Assembly: GCA_017436575.1 (NCBI GenBank)
Contig: JAFSCU010000003.1
Span: 63,073 to 95,072 of the forward strand
Source: Oscillospiraceae bacterium
GTDB lineage: Bacteria > Bacillota > Clostridia > Oscillospirales > Ruminococcaceae
Length of the DNA: 32,000 nucleotides
Direction: 5' to 3'
Made by a program: the position numbers and the translations under genes. Within the stretch, counting starts at the first letter, position 1; each line of letters begins with the position of its first letter. Shown here one piece after another: positions 1 through 8,300 of this stretch. The notes under the pieces are model-generated. The model did not search any database. It had not been told where the DNA came from and saw only the letters and a list, made by a program, of their open reading frames with translations.

Positions 1-2
1 CT

Positions 3-1067
3 CAAAAACTTAATATATATTTCAGGAAACGTTCTTTATTCGATAATATATATTATGTAGAAATATATAAAAGTTTTGTACATTCAGGTGGAATATTTGT
101 TTTAATATTAGCTATTGCATTTCAAATGCATCTAATTAACTCAAACACCACTTCCCCCTCTCCAGATGAAAAATTATTTATTAATTATATCACTCTTTTT
201 AATAAAAAATATAATGGCGATTCAGAAGAGTTCATTTTAAATGAAGGAATTCAATTCGAGTATATTGAAACAGCATACGATAATTTTAATAATTCTCAAA
301 TTAGCTTCGAACAATTAAATAAAATAATAAACTCTAACCGAAGCATTTACACTAAATATTTACAATACGAGCGAATAGTAAACATGCTACATGAAATTAA
401 AAAAGAGCATAGAGTAATAGTTTATGAACCTGCATTCTATAAATTATTATATATCAACAATGATGGTTATTCACTAATAGAAACAATTTTTATAACCATT
501 GTTACTATTTCTCTAAATTATAGTTTTTTCTTCGTAGAAAACACTTATATGATAAATAAAATGATATATTCTACACATTTAGGTAGTAAGAAAATAATTA
601 ATGTTAAACTTTTTTTATCCTTTGTTTTATCAATTATTATCACTTTTATTTCATCCATATCCAACTATCATTTTGTTTTTTCTCATTATACTACTGTTGG
701 ATTATTTTCTGCTGCAAATAATATTGCTCTTTTTTCACACTTAAAAAACTCTATAAGTATTTTTCACCTAGTACTTTTATCCGTATTTATAAAGTTATTA
801 GGAACACTATTACTTTCATCTTTTACGCTGCTACTATCCATCAAATCATCTTCTTTTCTATCCGGATATATTTTCCCTATTATATTTTTCTTATTCCCAA
901 TATTTCTTTTCGTAATACACATAGATATTGGAAAATACTTTACAATACTTCCATTAATAAACATTTTTAGTTATACTCAAAATATTTGTTTTATAGGAGT
1001 AATAATACTTCTTAGTTGTGCAATTATAATTGCTAACACTTTCTTAATTAAAAAATTATATAAATGA
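3..1067 (+). CDS. multi-pass membrane protein, ABC-2-type permease-like topology; 5' end probably outside the window
   Basis: The ORF-track ORF 126..1067 stays open in the same frame back to nt 3 with no stop. The upstream residues ..HSGGIFVLILAIAFQ form another hydrophobic helix. The C-terminal two thirds form 5-6 hydrophobic helices. Function is inferred from topology only. Confidence 0.6.
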   Translation, partial: QKLNIYFRKRSLFDNIYYVEIYKSFVHSGGIFVLILAIAFQMHLINSNTTSPSPDEKLFINYITLFNKKYNGDSEEFILNEGIQFEYIETAYDNFNNSQISFEQLNKIINSNRSIYTKYLQYERIVNMLHEIKKEHRVIVYEPAFYKLLYINNDGYSLIETIFITIVTISLNYSFFFVENTYMINKMIYSTHLGSKKIINVKLFLSFVLSIIITFISSISNYHFVFSHYTTVGLFSAANNIALFSHLKNSISIFHLVLLSVFIKLLGTLLLSSFTLLLSIKSSSFLSGYIFPIIFFLFPIFLFVIHIDIGKYFTILPLINIFSYTQNICFIGVIILLSCAIIIANTFLIKKLYK

Positions 1068-1106
1068 CATTTCATCAATTTTTTCAAACACTTTAGTACA
1101 TGAATA

Positions 1107-1134
1107 TTGATTCTCCAGTTTCATAGTTTATAAT
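1107..1134 (+). promoter_or_regulatory. sigmaA-like promoter upstream of 1194..1790
   Basis: TTGATT (1107-1112), a 16-nt spacer, then TATAAT (1129-1134). It is followed by the perfect 12-bp palindrome TACTGTACAGTA (1160-1171) and the RBS AGGAGG. AT-rich DNA produces such hexamers by chance. Confidence 0.35.
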
Positions 1135-1193
1135 GAAATTGTTAACATTTAATTTAATGTACTGTACAGTAAACTAACTTTAGGAGGCAAAGT

Positions 1194-1790
1194 ATGAATA
1201 AAAAAATATCATCTATTATTACATTTTTTTTACTATTATCTTTCTTTTCAATTTCCGCGTTTGCTGCAACTGAAAATTCTCCTGTCGTTTCACCTTCTGC
1301 TCCAGCATCTGATATAGCTGTCCCATATGGCAGACCTGAAAATGCCAGATATTTCACTTCATTTGTCGCTGCTGATGATGATGGCAATAATCTTAACCTT
1401 AACGTTTATAGTGATCAACCTACTGCATATGATGTTATAAATGTTTATAGAGCTACCTGGGATTCAACTCAAAAATTTTATACATATTCTGAAAATGGAA
1501 TTTCAACTTTAAGATGCCAAGCCGCACAAAATTATTGCCTTGGTACAAGTTCATCAATCGATAATAACTTCTTTGTATATTTATTACCTCCAGATGAACG
1601 GACATATTGTGAAATAATGGCAAGTGCTGTGGGTTCATCAAATGATGAGTGGTACCATTTTGGTTTATCTGGTAGGGGTTATTTCTATCCAATATCTTAT
1701 GGGAATGGCGCACGTATCAAAGTAGCATACTTCCCTAGCAACCTTGACCGGAGGATTTGGATACTTAATGATGGGCCTGGAACATTCTAA
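1194..1790 (+). CDS. secreted protein of unknown function (Sec signal peptide)
   Basis: RBS TAGGAGG lies upstream of the ATG. The N-terminus MNKKISSIITFFLLLSFFSISAFA/ATEN has a typical n-h-c signal peptide with an AFA-A cleavage site. No recognisable catalytic motif. Confidence 0.75.
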   Translation: MNKKISSIITFFLLLSFFSISAFAATENSPVVSPSAPASDIAVPYGRPENARYFTSFVAADDDGNNLNLNVYSDQPTAYDVINVYRATWDSTQKFYTYSENGISTLRCQAAQNYCLGTSSSIDNNFFVYLLPPDERTYCEIMASAVGSSNDEWYHFGLSGRGYFYPISYGNGARIKVAYFPSNLDRRIWILNDGPGTF

Positions 1791-1806
1791 TTTATAATAT
1801 TTAACT

Positions 1807-3054
1807 ATGAAAAAAATACAATCCTTCTTATCAATCGTAACTTTATTATGCATATTTCTATGCGCTTGTAATAGTTATCCAAGTATAGATTATGATTTAA
1901 AAAACACAACAAAGACTCTACGTGGTGCTTCTGAGGTGGTTAGTATAAATAATAATATTTATTATACTTCTAACAATCTCATTTATTATTTGGATGTTAC
2001 CTCTATGGAAAGTACACCAATATGTAGTGATATAAGTTGTACACATCAATCTGAGTCATGTACAGCATATATACCATCATCTTTGTTTAGGATATTCACT
2101 AATCCAACTCAAGATAAATTATTTTTTATATATGATGAAAAAATGGATGAGTTGTCCAAAACAATCGGATATATAGACTTGAATGGTCAAAACAAAAGAA
2201 TAATCTATAAATCAGGTCAATGGGAAGATATCTCTAGGCATTTTGTTTTCAGTAATGATTCACAATTTCTTTTCTTTTTTACATTTGAGTTCATAGATGA
2301 TTCATATGTTTATAAACTTCATAAACTAAATGTTGAAACCTCAAAAAAAGAGGTGCTGTATGAATCCAAACAAGAAAGCTATATTGCTGGTGCATTTGAT
2401 AATCAGATAATTCTTTTAGAATTAGACCAATCATTATTAGGATTAATATCTAAAGAAAAAATTTACTCATTAGATGTTAATAGTCTATCTTTAAAAAAAC
2501 TAGAGGAATACACAATAAGTAACTCTCAAAAAGAAGTTTGCTTTGTTGATTCTTCTTATATGTATAAGTTTGAAAAAAATTCAGCCACAACTGCTAAAGT
2601 TTATAAAACAGACCTATCTTCAGGTATCACGACAGTTTTGACATCATCAGCACCTTTTGAGTACGAAATAGAAAATACTCAATTCTATGGTGTATGGAAC
2701 AACTATTTATCTTATTTGATTATAGAAGGTGGCCAAGAACAACGAGCTACATATAGGAAATACTCTATTAATATCAATACTGGTGAAATAATAGAAAACA
2801 AATTATCTTTAACTAATATTGATAAAGGATTGCAAGCTGAACATATTACTATATTAGCACAAAACGATGATTCTTTTGTTGTAAGAGCAGGTTATGATTT
2901 TAATACAATAAAAATGCTAGATAATGAAACTGGCCGTACCTATTATATGAAATATGGTTTTAGCAGGCTCGGTATAATTAATCAAGGTGATTATATTAAT
3001 AACAACACAGATTATAAAATATTTAACGGTTCATATGTTCCACTTTATAATTAA
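1807..3054 (+). CDS. lipoprotein of unknown function, possibly beta-propeller-like
   Basis: Signal peptide with a lipobox (LLCIFLCAC/NS). The gene starts 17 nt after the upstream stop. Repetitive Y/F-rich beta-strand-like segments are present. A strong terminator follows. Confidence 0.8.
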   Translation: MKKIQSFLSIVTLLCIFLCACNSYPSIDYDLKNTTKTLRGASEVVSINNNIYYTSNNLIYYLDVTSMESTPICSDISCTHQSESCTAYIPSSLFRIFTNPTQDKLFFIYDEKMDELSKTIGYIDLNGQNKRIIYKSGQWEDISRHFVFSNDSQFLFFFTFEFIDDSYVYKLHKLNVETSKKEVLYESKQESYIAGAFDNQIILLELDQSLLGLISKEKIYSLDVNSLSLKKLEEYTISNSQKEVCFVDSSYMYKFEKNSATTAKVYKTDLSSGITTVLTSSAPFEYEIENTQFYGVWNNYLSYLIIEGGQEQRATYRKYSININTGEIIENKLSLTNIDKGLQAEHITILAQNDDSFVVRAGYDFNTIKMLDNETGRTYYMKYGFSRLGIINQGDYINNNTDYKIFNGSYVPLYN

Positions 3055-3065
3055 ATATTAATCAT

Positions 3066-3102
3066 AGCAAGAAGATATAACATATCTTCTTGCTATTTTA
3101 TT
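3066..3102 (+). terminator. Rho-independent terminator
   Basis: Perfect 13-bp stem AGCAAGAAGATAT / ATATCTTCTTGCT (3066-3078 / 3082-3094) with a 3-nt loop, followed by ATTTTATT. Confidence 0.8.
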
Positions 3103-3969
3103 ATCACCATGTATCAGTCAAATAGATCCACAATTAAAGAAATGCCTTCTTATATAATCATCAAACATACCGGTGACTTACAAAAAGCCCTGGAACTCTG
3201 GAATTTGAGAAAATATAAACAGTATTGAAAGAGTCTACAAAGCTTGTAGATTCTGCAGAGTAGATTAGAATCAATCAAGAAAACAGAGGGATATACTATG
3301 CGGCGAAAGCGCGACCGATTACCTGAAAACACCAGCGATATTAAAAGTGAAGCCAAGCTGGCCAAATAAGTATCAATAGTAACAAGAATGCTGTAACAAT
3401 GGCCAGCATAAAAAAGCCTGATGCGAAGAAGGCAGTATAAATGTAAAATCATATTTCTATTGACAGAAGAAAGTTTACATCCTTGCCCAAAATCCAGCCG
3501 CTGAATTTGTGTAATTGGTTTCTGTAAAAGAACCAAAGACTGCTTAAATAACAAATACAGTTGTATCTAGGATAATAATTGAATGAATAATGATAGAACT
3601 CTGTGATGGTATAGATAGCCAGACAGTATCCACAATCATGAGATGATTAAAGGACGTTTAAAGATTTCACAGGTGCAGATAAAGTATAAATCAGCTATAC
3701 AACCACTTCTTGTTGGCGTATATCTGTAAAGTATTGTTAGCATTTTAAAACATATAGTTTACAAGAAAGTCCATCTTTTTAATATTCACTTGTTAAATAT
3801 AATATTGTATAGTATACTATTATTAAATATACATCTATATAATGATATTATGTACATTATTACACCCTATATGTATTTGAGAACAAAGTTATTGGCGATA
3901 AAAGTTATTATTGATAATATTTATTATTAAATATTATGCAAATGATTGAATTTTGAATAGAGGTATCAT

Positions 3970-5301
3970 ATGAACAAAATAAAAAAATTGGTTTCGGTAA
4001 TAATATTGCTGATTTTATCAGTATTTATTTTTTCAGCATGTAGCAATGATATAGGCAGCGATAATAGCGGAAAAACAAACTCTTCACAGACAGAAATCAA
4101 TTCATCAACTGATAATGATGAAAACACTTCCAATACGCTGGTTCCCGTAAATATAATTAATTGGGCTTCTGCATCCAGATATTCAGGAGAAGCCTACAAC
4201 ACAGAAACAGAAGAATATATCTATACAGATGGTAAAATAAATGAATCCTCTTTAATTAAAGAAAACATAGATGACACTGCCATCTTTTGGGGTAGTATAG
4301 GTAATGAATCGGCATATTTTAAAACATTATCTTTTAGATATGATGGTGATGAAAAAATAGTAGGCAAACTAACTAAAGATGTTACAGTTGAACAACGGGA
4401 AGAATATATAACTATTTTAGACAGTATTTTTGTGAATGATTCAACAAGAAACGTATATGTTAAAGACTATATGGACGAAAAATCTACAGGTTACAGCAGT
4501 GAATATGGCGAAAAAGTTGCCATAAGAACTAATTGTAACTGGAACATAACACCATCAAAATATTTGTATATAAATTATGATAAGGATGAAAGAGAACCTA
4601 AACAAATATGGATAGATGAAATAGAAAACGTTATCTGCAATGATACCGGAAGTACAGATACACCAGCTATAATTCGTGAATCATGGGAATTTACTACAGG
4701 TGAATGCAATATTGCAATAGTAAATGCCTGCAATATATATCATAATGGTTATTATACTCCAATTGAGTATTCCGAAGATTTATACCCATCATCCAACGAA
4801 CTGCCTTATGGTGAAAAGCACTATATTTATGCTCTTACTGTTATTTTCTGTAATGATAAAATAGTAACTTGCATCAATGTAAACGATGAAGAAAAATATT
4901 ATATTCCCATTTTATCGAAACCATTAAACGCAAAAGAAGGTATAAAATCAAGTTTTATTGCACCTGTAATTGACAGGGACAATAAATCTCGTAATATGGT
5001 TATAATGCGAGATAGTAATGGAAACAATACAGCATTTCCACTTTATTATTCATACGAAGCACAAGATGTGTTATACAGAAGATTCTACAATGAAACACAG
5101 CCAGGTTTCTGCATAATAGATATAGACGGAGATGGCATAGTAGAAATTATAGGTTTTGGAGTTGGATACGCCAATAGTTTTGATAGTCGTAATAGTGTAT
5201 ATAATATTCTTAATGAAACAACACTAAAATGTTTGGGCGATTTCTCATCAAACGGTCAAGGTTATAAATTATTTCCCTTCGAATATAATGTGAAATTTTA
5301 G
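3970..5301 (+). CDS. lipoprotein of unknown function with a C-terminal FG-GAP/VCBS-like DxDGDG motif
   Basis: RBS AGAGG. Lipobox signal peptide (LLILSVFIFSAC/SN), a Ser/Asn/Thr-rich linker, and the motif CIIDIDGDGIVEIIGFG near the C-terminus. Confidence 0.8.
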   Translation: MNKIKKLVSVIILLILSVFIFSACSNDIGSDNSGKTNSSQTEINSSTDNDENTSNTLVPVNIINWASASRYSGEAYNTETEEYIYTDGKINESSLIKENIDDTAIFWGSIGNESAYFKTLSFRYDGDEKIVGKLTKDVTVEQREEYITILDSIFVNDSTRNVYVKDYMDEKSTGYSSEYGEKVAIRTNCNWNITPSKYLYINYDKDEREPKQIWIDEIENVICNDTGSTDTPAIIRESWEFTTGECNIAIVNACNIYHNGYYTPIEYSEDLYPSSNELPYGEKHYIYALTVIFCNDKIVTCINVNDEEKYYIPILSKPLNAKEGIKSSFIAPVIDRDNKSRNMVIMRDSNGNNTAFPLYYSYEAQDVLYRRFYNETQPGFCIIDIDGDGIVEIIGFGVGYANSFDSRNSVYNILNETTLKCLGDFSSNGQGYKLFPFEYNVKF

Positions 5302-5329
5302 CTATATTTTACAAATTGTACATAATTAA

Positions 5330-5352
5330 AACAGCCCTACATTAGGGCTGTT
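5330..5352. terminator. bidirectional terminator hairpin between convergent genes
   Basis: AACAGCCCT-acatt-AGGGCTGTT with A/T-rich flanks on both sides. It sits between the stop of 3970..5301(+) and the stop of 5378..9991(-). Confidence 0.7.
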
Positions 5353-5377
5353 ATTAATTATATATCTTGTATCATAT

Positions 5378-8300
5378 TTATTCGGACCGTAACTTATAAA
5401 AAACAAGCCTATCTATGCGATATTTCTCTGCACCCGCAATGCTGGCTCCACCCATAAATTCAATGCAAATTGAGTAATCGTAGTCAGTTGTGCCTGCAGA
5501 AATACTTGATACAAATGTATGATTTTTAAGTTTATATAACCCTTCATCATTTTCTAAATCCTCATACTGAAAATCACTTTGAAAAATGCCGTTGTTCCAA
5601 CTATGAGCTTTAACATCGCCAATAAGACAATGCAAATAATAATTGTTACCTATATCATCACTCAATACGGCATCAACGATTCCTTGATCGTATATAGGAA
5701 AATCCGGATCAGTCGCATAAATAGCCTTAGAATCTGGGAAGTTTTCATATAAAACTTTAGGTCCAACAGCAACCCAATAGTAGTTTTCATTGTCTATTTC
5801 ATTATACAACGCATAAATATTTACGATTTCTTCTTTATCATTTGTATATGATTTGAATAAATGCTGCGGTGATTCTAATTCCTTATTTAAAAGGTTAGCT
5901 ACAATGTTTACGATATTTGGATCAACAATTGAAAGTCCTTCTATAGTTGCCCAATTTTTATGCTCGTTAAATGTCAAAGTTACTTTATTTGTATTACCAT
6001 AGTCATCTTTTTTAGTGTTCTGTGATACTTTAGTAATACATCTGTATCCTTCTGCATCTACATATGAGTCCTGAATAAATCCTACGAATCTATTCTCGTC
6101 ATCCTCTATAAAATCAGCCTCATTTACAGTGTTTGGTATACGCATAACATAATCAGGAATTGATACTATATTTCCAGTCTTTGAGTATGGATTATAATAT
6201 ATTTTTATCCAATCATTAACATTAACACCTTCTGGTTCCTCAAAAACCCAAACAGCATTGCTGTCATTAATACTTGAACCACAGATGAAGTTAGTAGCAT
6301 TTTCTTCTTCAAAGTATTGGCTGCAATACTTATTATCAAAAGTTGGAAAACTAATTGTAAATCCACCTGTAGACACCTCAGATATACTAACAACTCTGCT
6401 ATTTGGTATATACATACCAGGGTTTGTAGAAACACAAATATTGTTACCTGTATAAAGTTCAAGCGAGTGATTTGCAGCAGCATAAGAAGATAAACAGAAC
6501 ATATCATCACCAAACTTTGTAATTTTCCAGATTTGGCTGCGATCACTATTATCACTTACCATATCTTTGAGTTCAACTGGATTACCGTATCCCTTGGTAA
6601 GAATATTATTTTTACCCGTATATGTCATGTATTTACCGGTTTCTTTGTGCTTAATTTTCACAACTCTGCTTTGATAGAATTCAGGGACAACAGAAGTAAA
6701 ACTATCTACTTCTTCATTTACATCCGTTACACTGTCAACAGAGTCTCGCTCTTCATCATTAAATAAACCCAAACGTTTCCCTAATGATGAAAACCATTTT
6801 TTGATTGAATTTGAACGCTGTGAAAAGGTACTTGTAACACTTTCATAGCAAATATCAAATGTTTTTTCTGTCAAGAACGAAGCATATACACCGCTGTCAC
6901 CATCTGTCAAAATAAGAGTTGTCCCATCAGTATCAACATTCATTTTTAGCATAGGATTAGTAAAGTCACAAATGTAAGTTTTATCATCTGTTTTTTCTAA
7001 CACCCATGGTCGAGCTTCATCTTTACCAACCAGAATAATATGACTATTTTCATCTACTGAAAAGAACTTGTCAGTATTATGTTTTCTAAGATAAATCCTA
7101 CCACTAATATATGCAGCGTTAATCTCATTCGCTCTATCAGCAATATCCTGCATCCTTGCAAGGAGATATGGGCCAGGACAAACTGTATATGCGTGATCCT
7201 GATGAGTTTTCAGGTTCTGACCAACAACTAAAGTACCAAGGTTATTTCTTCTTGCAATATCAGCAACCAATCTAACAAGAGTATAATATGTATCATCTGA
7301 TACTTCCCATGTAGGATCACCGGTACTGTTGCATGTTTCTATTGTGACGGCCTTAACATTAGGGTTGCCAGCATCCGGATTTTTAAGTGAACCACCATTT
7401 GTGTAAGCTGTATTATATTCCTTTACAAACTGACCTACTCTTGTACCTCGGACGCAATAATGTGAAGACGCACCTCTTTCAGGGTTCTGCCAATCGTCAC
7501 CAATCCGCTCTACGGAAGAAGCTACCGCAGCAGTATGGTGAATTGTAATTTCGCTGATCTGATTTCCAGCTCTACCTACCATATAGTTATTTGAATTAGC
7601 TGGCATAAATACGGATACAAGAGAAGAATCCGGAGTGGTGTCTGTATCAGTTACGCCATCAAAAGTCATTTCACTTTCAGGAATGAGTTTCCACAGTGCA
7701 TATGGTTCAGAGTCAACAGATGTCCACCAAGCGTTTGCACCAATGTTTGTATTTGATACTGTAAGATATCTGTTATGGTAATGCATTTTAATTCTGTATA
7801 CATCATCTTCAGTAGCTGTCTGACCTGTTGTATATGGGATAAACTGGAGAACAGAGTCAATATCATTGCCATCTTCTTTGTACATAGTACAGTTATTGTC
7901 ATTTGCGTAGATGTTTACTGCAAAAGTTTCATCAATCTTTGTAACAAGTTTTGGACCGCCATCTTTGTTTCTGATAATCCATCTCTGTGCATTTGCATCT
8001 TCTTTAGCATATACATTTACGTTTCTTGTATTAGCTACAGTGTCAGTGCCATGAACATTCAGGAAATGACCTGTGTTAACATTCTGAATAAAGAATACCT
8101 TATCAGCAATATCTGCTGGAGCATCTTCTACAGGTGGGAACATATCATCTTCTTCAACGAACTGCCACAGGTTGTAAACTGGTGAATCAGACCAATATGC
8201 ATTAAAACCACTGCCAACACCTGCTGCCTCAAGATATTTGTTATGATGGAACATTTTGAGTTTATAAATGTTATTATCTTCATCGTAAGGAACAAATTCG

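Noticed and set aside
3341-3409. A 22-aa hydrophobic mini-ORF (MLAIVTAFLLLLILIWPAWLHF, minus strand) as a possible type I toxin.
   Set aside because: It has no convincing RBS or promoter, lacks the charged tail typical of type I toxins, and has no visible antisense RNA features. It is more likely a fragment of a degraded membrane-protein gene.
3150-3554. ORF-track ORF of 134 aa on the minus strand.
   Set aside because: It has no RBS, and its Cys/Leu/Arg-rich composition is unlike a real protein. It sits in a region where all frames are broken, so it is treated as part of a decayed or non-coding stretch.
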